A DNA stretch of 64,000 nt from assembly GCA_966128725.1 (NCBI GenBank), contig CBHYLN010000007.1:1031-65030 (forward strand), in the 5' to 3' direction. The DNA comes from an uncultured bacterium (lineage in GTDB: Bacteria; Bacteroidota; Ignavibacteria; OLB7). The notes beneath the pieces are model-generated. The model searched no databases, was not told the origin of the DNA, and was given only the letters and a program-made list of their open reading frames with translations. The stretch's first letter is position 1. Every line of letters starts with the position of its first letter. Below, piece by piece: positions 8,425 to 19,169 of this stretch. The translations under genes and the position numbers were made by a program.

Positions 8425-11136
8425 TCAGCGGGCGATCAGGATTCGACGGAAGTACGTGGCACCGGCGTTGTCGCGCACCACGATGCTGTATGCGCCCGAG
8501 GGCGCGCCGGCCATATCCAGCACAAGCTCGTTCCGCCCGGATTCCAATGGGCGATCCGCGATCGTTCGCAGCATGCGGCCATCGGCAGCGTACACGGCAA
8601 CGTCGATCGTGGTCTGGTCGGTCGCGTTGATCGGCAGCGTCACGAAGGTGCCGTTGGCGGGTGTCGGCGTGGCGTCGCCAACACTGATCTTGGCGGCCAG
8701 CCCGGGCGTTACAGGCCGGGTGGAGCGGAAACATGTGCTGTCGAACGCGATCATGCCCGCGTTATCCAGCCGTGTCCGCGGGTTGTTGTCGGCGAAGTTC
8801 CCGGCCACAACCTCCACAGTGCTGCCCAGCGAGTCACCGCGCAGCACCATGAACTCCATGCGCGCCAGTTCGCCGCCGCCCGGTATACGGCTGCCGGTTG
8901 AGGTGAACTCAACCGTCGCATACCGTGGCCCGAATGTCACACCCTTGCTTACGCGCACCGTGCTGGAGCCTGAGGCATTGCCTGGCTGCACCCCGCGCAG
9001 GTCAAGCATTGACTTGTTCCAGCGGACGCTGTAGGTAATGCTGTCCACCGAATACGTGGTCAGCGATGTGTCCACATATACCGGCAGTGTCACAAGCTGA
9101 CCCGGCAGGCCGATGCGTTCGTCGGTGATCCGGATGTTGGCGGCCGAGTAGGCGGCGCCACGGAGCTGCGATACCGTTGTCTGGCCATCGCAGTTGTTGT
9201 AGAAGAACGACACCTTGCCGTTGCGCATGCGGATCTGTTCCGGTGTGAAGCATACCGTAAGCGTAACCTGCCCTCCCTCCTGGATAACAATCGGGAACCG
9301 GATGCCCGGTGCCAGCGAGAACTCGTTGGTTGGGGTGCCAATCAAGGTTGAGAACTCGGCGCTGTCGAGCCGGGCATCACCTTCGCCGGCGTTGGTGATC
9401 GTAAGCCCGTGGCAGATGTTTCCGCCAAGGTATACCGAGTCGAACACGACTTCGCTCGAGGAAACCAGGAACGGCGAAAGCACCTTGATCTGGAATGGTT
9501 CGCGTGTCTTGGCGCCCCGGCTCAGGATATCGGTAATGGCCTCGAACGCCGATTGCAGCGTGCTGCAATCATTGTCGGTGGCATCGTAGGCAACGCCGCC
9601 CGATGTGGTAGCCAGCGATTGCAGGTAGGCCCGCCCGCCCTTGTTCGGATCCAGTCCGATGCCGATGGTGAACACACGAATACCGCGTGCGCGGGCTCGC
9701 GCGGCCACCTGATTGATCGGGAAGTTGCGTTGATCGTCGGTGTCGGCCTCGCCGTCGGTGATCAGCACGATAACGCGGTTGGACAGCGGGCTGGCAGCCA
9801 GCACGTCAACCATGTGTTCCACCGCTTCGCCGGTTGGCGTGCCCGCCTGTGGCGTAAGGGCGCTTACCGCGTTCTGCGCCGTTACGCGCGACACATTGTT
9901 GATAAAGGCAAGCGCGAAGATATCGCGGATGATCGATCGGATGCCGAACTGATCGGTTGAATACGTGGTAATGGCCAACTGGTCGCGAATGCCGATTGCC
10001 GGCAGATACAGCAGCGCACGGCCGATGAAATTGTTCGCCTGGATGATTGCCTGCGCCATGCGCGAGCTGCGCGTTGCGCCGCAATACATGTCCTGCTTCA
10101 TGCTGCCGCTTACGTCGATCACCATGCCGAAGGCGATGGAACTGCGCGTGTTGCTGGTGATCTCCAGCGTATCACGGTGCATGCCGCGCGTGCGGCTGGT
10201 GATGCAGATCTGCAGGTCGCGCGAATCCTGCGGTGCGATGATAAACGGCGTTGGGGGCGGATTCGTGAGCGTGTAGCCCATGGTCCCCAGCACCCATGCG
10301 ATGTTCTCGATAATCAGCGGCGCGTTGCCAACGTTCGAGAACGTCATGTATGTACAACGCGAGGAGTCGCACGGGATCTGCTCGTTGTTGGCCGGGTTGA
10401 ACCCGGTTTTGCTGACGCGCAGCACCGCGCCGGTGCCAATCAGATCGGTGACGCCGTTGAACCCAAGCCGCAGCGTGGTGCTGCAGTTGGCGTCGACATC
10501 AACCTGTACCGAGTACACGCCCGTGCTGTCCGGCATGAAGCGTACCGTGATGGTTACCGAATCGCCGGGAGCGATCGTATCCGGAAGCTGGCTGATCAGC
10601 TTGAACGGGGTTGGAATCGTCAGGTTCGACGCGTCCATGATGAACGGCCGTTCCCCCGTGTTTCGGATGACCATTGTCCGGTCGGACGTGAACGTTGGAT
10701 TGGTCTTCGGGAAGTTCAATACACCCGGAACGGCATCCAACACCGGCCCCAAACCCGTGCCCACCAGGCGGATACGGAGCGTATCAACACCGGTCGCCGT
10801 TGTAATCAGCACCGTAACCGAATCGCTGATCGTACCACGCCGGCGAGGCGTGCAACAGATCGGCACGGATACGCGCGAGGATGGATTGATGGTTGCGGGG
10901 AGTTTGAAGCTGGAATCCAGCGAGAAGCTGACCCCTTCAAGAAACGTGATGGAGGTCACCTGCGTCGGTGTCGCGCTGGAGTTGTTGAGCACCACCGAGT
11001 CACATACCGTGGAATCGCATGGAACAGGTGGAAAGGTGATCTTTAACGGCTGTGCAACCAGTTTCCCGGCAAGGGGCACAAGCAACGCGATCAGGGCAGC
11101 AAGAACAACAGCAGATCGTAGCCGAATAATCACCAT
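8425..11136 (-). CDS. Surface protein with choice-of-anchor D/ASH-like Ig repeats, VWA domain, cohesin-like domain and T9SS-type C-terminus
   Basis: MIDAS motif DVSGSM, GTPTG, VLITDGE, RVFTIGIG; repeated I.N.G..P...I.PG.S..I.V.F.P units; C-terminal PTP..VYAADGR..GAYSIVV. Confidence 0.8.
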   Translation of the reverse strand: MVIIRLRSAVVLAALIALLVPLAGKLVAQPLKITFPPVPCDSTVCDSVVLNNSSATPTQVTSITFLEGVSFSLDSSFKLPATINPSSRVSVPICCTPRRRGTISDSVTVLITTATGVDTLRIRLVGTGLGPVLDAVPGVLNFPKTNPTFTSDRTMVIRNTGERPFIMDASNLTIPTPFKLISQLPDTIAPGDSVTITVRFMPDSTGVYSVQVDVDANCSTTLRLGFNGVTDLIGTGAVLRVSKTGFNPANNEQIPCDSSRCTYMTFSNVGNAPLIIENIAWVLGTMGYTLTNPPPTPFIIAPQDSRDLQICITSRTRGMHRDTLEITSNTRSSIAFGMVIDVSGSMKQDMYCGATRSSRMAQAIIQANNFIGRALLYLPAIGIRDQLAITTYSTDQFGIRSIIRDIFALAFINNVSRVTAQNAVSALTPQAGTPTGEAVEHMVDVLAASPLSNRVIVLITDGEADTDDQRNFPINQVAARARARGIRVFTIGIGLDPNKGGRAYLQSLATTSGGVAYDATDNDCSTLQSAFEAITDILSRGAKTREPFQIKVLSPFLVSSSEVVFDSVYLGGNICHGLTITNAGEGDARLDSAEFSTLIGTPTNEFSLAPGIRFPIVIQEGGQVTLTVCFTPEQIRMRNGKVSFFYNNCDGQTTVSQLRGAAYSAANIRITDERIGLPGQLVTLPVYVDTSLTTYSVDSITYSVRWNKSMLDLRGVQPGNASGSSTVRVSKGVTFGPRYATVEFTSTGSRIPGGGELARMEFMVLRGDSLGSTVEVVAGNFADNNPRTRLDNAGMIAFDSTCFRSTRPVTPGLAAKISVGDATPTPANGTFVTLPINATDQTTIDVAVYAADGRMLRTIADRPLESGRNELVLDMAGAPSGAYSIVVRDNAGATYFRRILIAR

Positions 11137-11734
11137 AAAACCGCTCCTATAAGCGTGACACGCGGACGGGTCGTTACCGAGAAACGGGGTGAGGGACCCT
11201 GTCAACCTCTGAGCAACGGCGCCTGCACTGGGCGAGGGCGCCACGTTCGAAGGGGAAAAGGGAAGGGAAGATATCGCCGCGCGCCCTCAATCCCAATACC
11301 ACGGTTCCGTTTGTGAGACTGCGTTGGTATCGACTGCATAACACTTACGGTACCGGTCATGTCACGTTTTGTGCCATTGACGCCGGCTGTCCGTTTGCCT
11401 TCCGTTCGCAATGCCGTGGCCCCGGCTTGGCGCCCATCTCGCCCACTGTCTTCCCTTCCACGGCGGCAGAGCCCACGCGGCATCTTCCGCGGGCTTGTCC
11501 GTGTCGACGGGCACGTTCGCGGGTACGCCGGCAGGGCGGGAGAACGGGGAAATATCCGGTGGATGTCAGCCGCGCCCCTGATTGCCGCGGAGCGAGCATG
11601 TTGCAGAGTACCGCATTCGATGGCGATATATCGTCGCGCCCCTTAGCGGTAGATCGTCCTGGAGGGTGCGGAGTAACGCGTAGTGGGACGAAACCCCCAT
11701 CGGGATGCCGGTCGTATTCGCCGAACCCGGGGTC

Positions 11735-12133
11735 TTATGCGCGGAGTCGTGCCCGGGCAAGGCGCCAGTGGTATGCGATGCCCGGCTCGGCGGGATAGGC
11801 GATGGTGCGGTTGGTGTTATCGATGAGCACGGGAACGGTGCTGCGCGGTACAAGCGAAACAAGGCCGGCGGTGTAGGCGCGCCAATACACCGTGGTTTGA
11901 TAGCTGCCTCCGTCTGGCTGAAGGATCTCGATTGCAACCGCGACCCCCACGAACCGGCCGGCCGAATCGCGCCCGTTCATGCCTGCCTCCGACACCGCCA
12001 GTATCGTCCCTGTGACCCGTACTGCTCGTGCAAGCCGTTGCCGGCGGACGCGGGCAACAATACCATTGCGGCAGGCAACCGCGAGCACGCCCGCGATTGC
12101 AACTGCCGCAATACATAGCGCCGGATTGTTCAC
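11735..12133 (-). CDS. Small membrane-anchored hypothetical protein (DUF3592-like)
   Basis: N-terminal TM helix followed by VTGTILAV..beta-rich domain; GTG start 17 nt after the upstream stop. Confidence 0.55.
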   Translation of the reverse strand: MNNPALCIAAVAIAGVLAVACRNGIVARVRRQRLARAVRVTGTILAVSEAGMNGRDSAGRFVGVAVAIEILQPDGGSYQTTVYWRAYTAGLVSLVPRSTVPVLIDNTNRTIAYPAEPGIAYHWRLARARLRA

Positions 12134-12149
12134 CGTGCCTCGGCGTTTG

Positions 12150-13907
12150 TCATCGTGCAACGGAGACCGTGGAGATTGCCGTTGCTGCTCCCTGTTCCAG
12201 CCGCAGCAGATATGTGCCTGAGGCAAGCCCGTCGCCGGGGAGCGTTGCAACATGTTCGCCCTCGGCAAGCTGTTCGGCTGCCACCAACGTGCTCACGACA
12301 CTTCCTTGCAGGTCGAACACCCGAAGCGTGACCGGCCTGGATCCTGTTGTGCGGTAGCGGATCACTGCCGGGCCCGACGCCGGGTTTGGGGCCACCGACG
12401 TAAACGCCAGTCTCTGCGTTCCGGCGGTGGCGTCGTCCACGCCCGTGGTAACGCCTTCAGCCGTCCACCGAATCGTTTGTGCGTTGAACGAAAGGTTGAT
12501 CACCACAAGCATGATCTTCGAGTACGCTACATCCTGGCCCAGAACGTTGTCGACATTGTTTGCCAGTGGTTTGATCTCGGCTATCTGCGTGCCGCGATAC
12601 AGTATGGCCATCACCGCGTAGGGCTGCCCTGCCTGGAATCGGATTTTCAAGCCACCCGGCGTGCCAAGCGTATACAGGTTGTAGATGGCGGCGTACTGCT
12701 GCACGATGGCCTCGCCGGTGGCGGGGATCTGGTTGGCGTAGGTGTTGGTCACCTTCGCCGCCGAGTTCGAGAGCGAGCGCCGCCACACGTAATGCGAGTC
12801 GGGATAGTTCCGAACCACGTAGCAGGTTGTCCAGAACCCGCGCATCATGCTCTGCCAGTCCTTGGGCAGGCCAATACCCGCGAACGCATCGGACAATCGG
12901 TCAACATCGCCGGATGTGGAGGCCACCAGCTTGGTGACAAACGCCTCACCGTATTGTTCGTACGCATAGCGCATGAAGCACAGCGCGCGCTGATAGTCGA
13001 TCTCCAGAAGGTTGCCGTCGCCCGTGCTCCAACGCAGCAGGGCCGTGTTGGTGTTGCTCAGGAAATTGGCGTTGGTGCGGTCGTAGTATCCGCACAGAGT
13101 GCTGGCCAACTCGCTGCAGCCCTCGTTGTAGAAGATCTCGCTGTCGGGGTTGAGATTGAAATGGATCAGGTGCTGGTACTCGTGCGCGATCGTGCTTAAC
13201 ACGCTGTTCAACGCGGTGGCATTCTGATTGCCAAGCCCCTGGCGGGTGTCGATGTACAGCAGGTTCATCTTGTTCGAGCCGGGGTTGTCCGTCTGATCCC
13301 ACGGTGAGAAGTACCCAAGCGTGACCCCGTTGGTCACGTCCTCCTTGATATCGGTCAGCAGGAAATCCTCCACGTTGGGCGTGACATCATCGAAGCGATT
13401 CGCCGGTGGCAGCCCGAACACCGCCTCGTCGTTTTCGATAATCCCCAGCGCCGGATTTCGCGAGGCCGCCGAGGTCGAGGTGTCCAGCGCGCGTGCCATC
13501 GTCGCGATTGTGGCCTTGCGTACAAAGCCGGTATCGCGGAGATCCACCCATATGCGGGCGCGGCGTCCGTCGAACACCAGCTTCGCGGTCACCTCCTCGA
13601 ACATGTCGGTAAGCTGATTGCGGACCTGAAAGACGTTGGTTATGTCGTCGGCGACCGAAAGCATCCGGGCCGCGGCCGGCCGTTTGCTTCGTTCGATCAT
13701 CCGCCGGTACAGCTCCGGATTCTTCTTGGCGGTATTGTACAGGGCATCGGCCTCGCGGCCATCCCCCATCTGAATCATGCCGCATGCGCCGCGCCCGGGC
13801 GCATGGTTATGCACATCGGGCAGGAAGCGTTGTTGTGCCACCCCGAACTGGGCCGTGGCAATCATGAGCGCGGTCGCGAGCAATGGCAGTACGCGAAATC
13901 CCATCAC
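12150..13907 (-). CDS. Secreted zinc metallopeptidase (M30-like, HEYQH) with T9SS C-terminal domain
   Basis: Signal peptide; GYFSPWD..LLYID..TIAHEYQHLIH..NEGCSE; C-terminal APNP..VFDLQG..GTYLLRL. Confidence 0.85.
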   Translation of the reverse strand: MMGFRVLPLLATALMIATAQFGVAQQRFLPDVHNHAPGRGACGMIQMGDGREADALYNTAKKNPELYRRMIERSKRPAAARMLSVADDITNVFQVRNQLTDMFEEVTAKLVFDGRRARIWVDLRDTGFVRKATIATMARALDTSTSAASRNPALGIIENDEAVFGLPPANRFDDVTPNVEDFLLTDIKEDVTNGVTLGYFSPWDQTDNPGSNKMNLLYIDTRQGLGNQNATALNSVLSTIAHEYQHLIHFNLNPDSEIFYNEGCSELASTLCGYYDRTNANFLSNTNTALLRWSTGDGNLLEIDYQRALCFMRYAYEQYGEAFVTKLVASTSGDVDRLSDAFAGIGLPKDWQSMMRGFWTTCYVVRNYPDSHYVWRRSLSNSAAKVTNTYANQIPATGEAIVQQYAAIYNLYTLGTPGGLKIRFQAGQPYAVMAILYRGTQIAEIKPLANNVDNVLGQDVAYSKIMLVVINLSFNAQTIRWTAEGVTTGVDDATAGTQRLAFTSVAPNPASGPAVIRYRTTGSRPVTLRVFDLQGSVVSTLVAAEQLAEGEHVATLPGDGLASGTYLLRLEQGAATAISTVSVAR

Positions 13908-14133
13908 ATGTCTCCTGATTCTGGTTCCTGGGCCCCCGGGGGCGAATACACCGGCATTACAGATCCCGAAGGATCAGGCTGGCAGGCTGCCGGCGCACAA
14001 CGATGCGGAAGATAGGAAGGTACGGGGCAACGGACCTGCGCGCGCATGTGGCCGGCAGCGCGCCCTGGCGCGCCGGGCCGGTCGCTAGGCCCCCTTAACG
14101 GGGAGCGTCGCCAACCATACCCCTTGAAACGTC

Positions 14134-14172
14134 ACAGCCCCTCGGCTCCCGGTTACAGGGAGGAGGGGCTGT
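14134..14172 (-). terminator. Hairpin between the tandem peptidase genes
   Basis: ACAGCCCCTC/GAGGGGCTGT stem 24 nt after the 14196 stop; weak U-tail. Confidence 0.5.
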
Positions 14173-14195
14173 TGTGATAATCCCGTGATCGGCGG

Positions 14196-15944
14196 TTACC
14201 GTGCCACTACCAGCGTACGACTGGTGGTGACATTGTTCTGCGTAACACGGACGAAGTACGTGCCGGCCGGCATGTCGGATGTCTCGAATCCGATATGGTG
14301 GGCGCCGGCCTCGAACATGCCGTCGGAGGCAAGCGTGCGCACCAGGGCGCCACGGACATCGTAGATGCGAACCGATGCCGTTCCTGCGGTTGCGGTCGTG
14401 AAGTCGATCGACGCATGATTGTTCGCAGGGTTGGGCATCAAGCCATTGATCGCAAGCGACCCGGCCAGGCTGGTGGGATCGTTCACACCAAGCGTGACGC
14501 TTGATACATCCCACTTCACCGTCTGGCCGTTGAACGCAAGGTTCGCGACGGCGAACACGATCTTGTCGTACGTGGCATACGTGCCGATGGTGTACTCCAC
14601 GTTGTTGTCAAGCTGCCATACTTCGGCGACGGCCGAACCCTTATACAGGATTGCCATCGTCCGTATCGGCTGGCCTGCGTGGAAGTTTACCTTCAGCGCG
14701 CCGGGCTTGTTGTATACCAGGTAGACCGAGGCGTACTGCTGCACGTTGATGCTTCCGGAATCCGGATACGGCATGTTGTACGACCCATGGGCCGTAGGCG
14801 TTGTGCTGGAAAGCCTGCGCGTGTAGGCGTACGGGGCGTTGAACTTGCCAACGTAGTTGGCCACCACCCACGAGCTGAACAGGTCGCGCCAGTCGCGGTT
14901 GTCGCCGATCTGCTGCAATGCGTCGCTCACGCGGTCCATTGCGGTTGTCTTTGTGGCGGCAAACGCGGTCAGGAACTTCTCGCCGCACTGCTCGGTGATG
15001 TAATGCACGAACGTCATGGCGCGCTCGTAGTCCAGCAGCACCTTCGTGCCGTCGTTCGAGTTCCAGCCCAGGAATGGCAGGTTCGTGTTCTTCAGGTAGT
15101 TGCTGTTGCTGCGGGTAATGTAGCCGTTCAGGATGCTGGCAACTTCGCTGCATCCCTCGTTGAAGAACACCTCGCTCTGGCTGTTGGTGCGATAATGGAT
15201 CAAATGCTGGAATTCGTGCGCCAGGGTATTGAGCAGCTCGGCGATGTTCGCGGCCGACTGGTTGCCCAGCCCTTCCACGCAGTCGATGTACAGCAGGTTC
15301 ATCTTGTTGGAGCCGGGGTTGTCCGTCTGATCCCACGGCGAGAAGTAACCGCCGACAAACGCGCCGATCAATCCGTCCTTGATATCGGTCAGGAAGAAGT
15401 CCTGAACTTCCGGGGCGGTTTCGTCGAACGCATTGGGCGGAGCCGTGCCGAACACCTGCTCGTCGTTCTCGATGATGCTGAGCGCGGGATTGCGCGAGTT
15501 GCTGGGCGTTACCGAATCCACGCCGCGTGCAAGCGCGTTGATCGTTGTCTGCTTGACCTTCGTCTTGAATGCGTTATCCACCCAGATGCGGGCGCGGCGA
15601 CCCGAGTAGACCAGCGTACCGGTTACCGGATCGTAGTTGCCGGTGACACGGTTGCGCACAACAAATGTGTTCTCGATGTCGTCGGCAACGCGCTGCACAT
15701 TGGCATTGGCTGGCCGCTTTGCGCGCTCAAGCAACTGACGGTAGAATGTGGGGTTCGTGCGGGCCGTGTTCGCCAGCGCCTCACGATCCTTGCCGTCGTT
15801 GAAAACGTGGTACCCGCAAACCGGACCACCGGCGGAGAGATGGTCATCGGCCGTAGTGCTTGCCGGCGTCTGCGCCATCGCAACCGATGTGGCAATTGCC
15901 CACAACAGGCCGAATGTTGCAAATCGGTAGAATGATCGGGACAT
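14196..15944 (-). CDS. Secreted zinc metallopeptidase paralog (M30-like, HEFQH) with T9SS C-terminal domain
   Basis: Same architecture as 12150-13907; TLAHEFQHLIH..NEGCSE; C-terminal MPNPAN..IYDVRG..GTYFVRV. Confidence 0.85.
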   Translation of the reverse strand: MSRSFYRFATFGLLWAIATSVAMAQTPASTTADDHLSAGGPVCGYHVFNDGKDREALANTARTNPTFYRQLLERAKRPANANVQRVADDIENTFVVRNRVTGNYDPVTGTLVYSGRRARIWVDNAFKTKVKQTTINALARGVDSVTPSNSRNPALSIIENDEQVFGTAPPNAFDETAPEVQDFFLTDIKDGLIGAFVGGYFSPWDQTDNPGSNKMNLLYIDCVEGLGNQSAANIAELLNTLAHEFQHLIHYRTNSQSEVFFNEGCSEVASILNGYITRSNSNYLKNTNLPFLGWNSNDGTKVLLDYERAMTFVHYITEQCGEKFLTAFAATKTTAMDRVSDALQQIGDNRDWRDLFSSWVVANYVGKFNAPYAYTRRLSSTTPTAHGSYNMPYPDSGSINVQQYASVYLVYNKPGALKVNFHAGQPIRTMAILYKGSAVAEVWQLDNNVEYTIGTYATYDKIVFAVANLAFNGQTVKWDVSSVTLGVNDPTSLAGSLAINGLMPNPANNHASIDFTTATAGTASVRIYDVRGALVRTLASDGMFEAGAHHIGFETSDMPAGTYFVRVTQNNVTTSRTLVVAR

Positions 15945-16453
15945 AGTCGTACGCTGCTCCAGATTGTATGTATTCGATGACACGTCCTGCTGGTACTACA
16001 TCACACTGTGCGGACACTGAGGCCATGCCGGTCCACCAAGCGAACATCGGTTCGTAGGCGCTGCCGATGGCGCTGCCACTACGGACACATGCTTCTTAAT
16101 AGAAGGGTCAGTTCGAGCCAGATTGTACGCGCGAAGGCAGGATTACCGGAATGGTTCACGAATGGTGACGGTTCCGGGAGTGGGTTCGCGTTTGCAAATA
16201 TCGCTTACGGGGGAGCATCGGCCAACTTATTTTGCGGTCACCGTGCGCATGACCCGCATCCCGGTTGGCGCGGCGTACCACGGTATTTGCACAACCACGC
16301 GGCCCCAGATATCCCCCCTCCGGTCAATTGGGGGGCTGCGGTGCCAACGTTCCGGCTCTCCGATCCATCAACATGCAAACCGCAATGGGATCGGTTCGTG
16401 TGCCATTCAGGCCCGAACCGTGACACTGCCATGGTTTGACCGAACGAGAGATC

Positions 16454-18118
16454 ATGCCACAGTTCGAGGATTTGCAGCGCAGGGTTGCCCGCACGCGTAA
16501 TGCGAGCGAGAAAATTGCCCTTTTGAACACGCTGAGCCGTGAGACGTATCGCAGTAACCCCCGCCAGGCGATTGAGTTCGCCAATCAGGCGTTGCAGCTT
16601 ACACCTGCCGCCGATAAACAGGCGATGGCGCAAACGCTTTCCACACTTGCCACCTGCCATCTCATCCTGGCCGATTATCCGGTGGCGCTGTCGCATTCGC
16701 TGGCTGCCTATCGAATATTTCAGGATCTGAAGAGCAGCGCCAGCGAGGTTGCGCCGCTGCTGATGAACATTGGCTACGCCTACATGCGGCAGGGGAAATA
16801 TGTGGAGGCGCTCGACGCCTTCCGCAAGGCCCTGGCCGTGCCGGAGGATGAGGACGATCCCGAGCGGCGCGCGAAAACGCTGAGCGACATCGGCGACGTG
16901 TACACCGAAATGGGCGATTACGTGACAGCTTTGGAGTATTTCCACGAAAGCCTCGCGTTCCGCCAGCGATCGGGCAACCACAACGATGCCGGCTCGTTGC
17001 TCAACAGCATCGCGAACCTGTACTTCAACACGGGCGATTTCGAGAAGGCGTTCGAGTTCTATACAACCGGGTTGCGCGCCTTTCAGGAGGCCAACGACGC
17101 GGCGATGGAGGCCGTTGGGCTGGGCAATATCGGGCTGGTGTATCGTGTTCGCGGCGAATACGATACGGCGATCGAATACCAGCAGCAGTCATTGAAGCTG
17201 TGCCAGGCCATCGGCAACAAGGAAGGCGAAGCGCGGGCGTACGTCAATCTTGGCGATATCTACGAGCAAACCGCGAAGCTGGATACCGCCCTCGAATACC
17301 TGGATCGTGCGTCGGAACTGGCAGAAACGATCGGCGATCGCCGTGTGTACGCCGCGGCGCTTGGGACAATCGGCGCCATCTACCTGCGCAAGAACCGAAC
17401 GGCCGATTGTATCGAGGTGATCGAGCGAGCCCTGAGGGTTACCGAGAAGGCAGGCAATCGCCAGATTCTGTACGAGCTGCACGAGATCCTGTCGCAGGCT
17501 TACGAGGCGGCCGGCGATTTCGAGAACGCGTTGAAGCACTACCGGATCTTTACCGCCACGCGCGAGGAGATTCAGGGGCAGGCCAAGCAACGTACGATCG
17601 ACGAAATGCAGATGCGTGTTGAGGTGGAGCGCGCCGAGAAGGAGCGGGAGATCGTGGAGCTCAAGAACCTGCATCTTGAGATGGAGATCGAGCACAAGAC
17701 ACGCGAGCTTGCCGGATCGGCCCTGCATATCGTGCAGAAGAACGAGCTGCTTTCGCGGCTTACCCGGCGTATCGCGCAGATTGAACAGGAAAGCGGGCGA
17801 ACGCGGACGGAGTTGCTGGCCGATCTGCGGCGCGAAGTGGAAATGAGCCTGGGCGCTCAGGACGAGTGGGAGGCGATCGAAAATCAGTTCAACGAGATTC
17901 ACCACGACTTTGTACGGCGCCTTTCGGCGGAGTACTCCGGGCTTACCCCCGCCGAGCTGAAGGTGTGCTCGATGATAAAGCTGAACCTTGCGACCAAGGA
18001 GATTGCCCGGCTGCTCAGCATATCCCATCGAAGCGCCGAAAACCATCGCTATCACATCCGAAGGAAACTGAACCTGCCGGTCGAGACCAATCTGACCACC
18101 TTCCTGGCCACATTCTAG
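16454..18118 (+). CDS. TPR-repeat transcriptional regulator with C-terminal LuxR-type HTH
   Basis: Multiple TPR repeats; coiled coil; LTPAELKVC..LNLATKEIARLLSIS..HRYHIRRKLNL. Confidence 0.9.
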   Translation: MPQFEDLQRRVARTRNASEKIALLNTLSRETYRSNPRQAIEFANQALQLTPAADKQAMAQTLSTLATCHLILADYPVALSHSLAAYRIFQDLKSSASEVAPLLMNIGYAYMRQGKYVEALDAFRKALAVPEDEDDPERRAKTLSDIGDVYTEMGDYVTALEYFHESLAFRQRSGNHNDAGSLLNSIANLYFNTGDFEKAFEFYTTGLRAFQEANDAAMEAVGLGNIGLVYRVRGEYDTAIEYQQQSLKLCQAIGNKEGEARAYVNLGDIYEQTAKLDTALEYLDRASELAETIGDRRVYAAALGTIGAIYLRKNRTADCIEVIERALRVTEKAGNRQILYELHEILSQAYEAAGDFENALKHYRIFTATREEIQGQAKQRTIDEMQMRVEVERAEKEREIVELKNLHLEMEIEHKTRELAGSALHIVQKNELLSRLTRRIAQIEQESGRTRTELLADLRREVEMSLGAQDEWEAIENQFNEIHHDFVRRLSAEYSGLTPAELKVCSMIKLNLATKEIARLLSISHRSAENHRYHIRRKLNLPVETNLTTFLATF

Positions 18119-18131
18119 GCCAATGCCCTCT

Positions 18132-19169
18132 TCAGCGATGCGCCACGGTCAACGCGGCCGTGCGCACCGTGGCGCCCGCGGTTAAGCGGCAGAAGTATGT
18201 GCCGTTTGCAAGGTCCCGGGTTTCGATCGCGATCTCGTGGCGGCCCGCGGCCAGCCAGGCGCGCTCGATTACCGCCACACGGGCCCCGCGTTGATCGTGC
18301 AGCTCAACCAGCACGGCGCCCGCGGCTGCCAGTGTGACAATGGCATGGGTTGCGCCCGATGCCGGATTGGGCTGTACGGTAAGCGTGGCCTCGCCGTTGG
18401 GCGCGGTACGGGTCTCCACCGCCAACGCATCGTGCCAGGCATCGAACAGCGTTTGCAGCGAATCAATCGGCTCCTGCTTTGACGCCATCCCCAACGTGGC
18501 CTCGAGCGCCATCCATGGCGCCGAAGGATCGTCGCCGGGGCGCGCCACACGGATGAACGCGGAATGCGACGAGCTGTTTGGCGCGCACCGCGAGTCGGCG
18601 CCGATCATGTTCGCGCCCTGCAATGCCGCCATCAATCTGTCGGCCAGCGGTCCGGTTGCCCGCAGGAACCGGGCCTCCATCGAGTCGAGCACCTGATGGC
18701 CCAGCAGAATATTTCCCTGGATGGCATAGGTAGCCCCCACGATGTGGTTCTTGTAATCGAAACATCCCACGCCCGTGTATCCGGCGCTGCGCGGCGATCC
18801 GGTGAGCGTAACAACGCCGTACTGGCGCAGCTCGGGCTGATTGGTGGCGTCGTTGGCCACCATCGAGTCCACGATCTGCGCTGCCGAAAGCCCGCGCGTC
18901 ATCAGTGCCGACGCGTATGCCTGGTTCTCCTCGATGTACGATGCCTGTGTGTGGATCACGCCAACGCCAGGATGCAGGTCGCTGATAATGGTTGCGCTGA
19001 ACGGGACACAGGAGGCGCCGGCGCTGCCAACCTCGCCGGTTTCGGGGTCCACGGCCGCGATCGAGAAAGTGTGTTGTGCATGCGCGAACGTTTCCGGCAT
19101 CACGAGGAGTACAACACCCAGCAGGCAGGCGGCGATGATCGTGGTTTGGTGCTGGCGCATGGTGTTCAA
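18132..19169 (-). CDS. DUF1028 Ntn-hydrolase-like protein with T9SS C-terminal domain
   Basis: Signal peptide then TFSIAAVDPETGEVGSAGAS, RQYGVV, QGNIL, ALQ..GADSRC; C-terminal QPNP..GTYFCRL. Confidence 0.85.
   Translation of the reverse strand: MNTMRQHQTTIIAACLLGVVLLVMPETFAHAQHTFSIAAVDPETGEVGSAGASCVPFSATIISDLHPGVGVIHTQASYIEENQAYASALMTRGLSAAQIVDSMVANDATNQPELRQYGVVTLTGSPRSAGYTGVGCFDYKNHIVGATYAIQGNILLGHQVLDSMEARFLRATGPLADRLMAALQGANMIGADSRCAPNSSSHSAFIRVARPGDDPSAPWMALEATLGMASKQEPIDSLQTLFDAWHDALAVETRTAPNGEATLTVQPNPASGATHAIVTLAAAGAVLVELHDQRGARVAVIERAWLAAGRHEIAIETRDLANGTYFCRLTAGATVRTAALTVAHR

Noticed and set aside
11650-11700. GTCC..GGACGAAAC resembling a hammerhead ribozyme stem II
   Set aside because: The required CTGAnGA core upstream of the stem is absent
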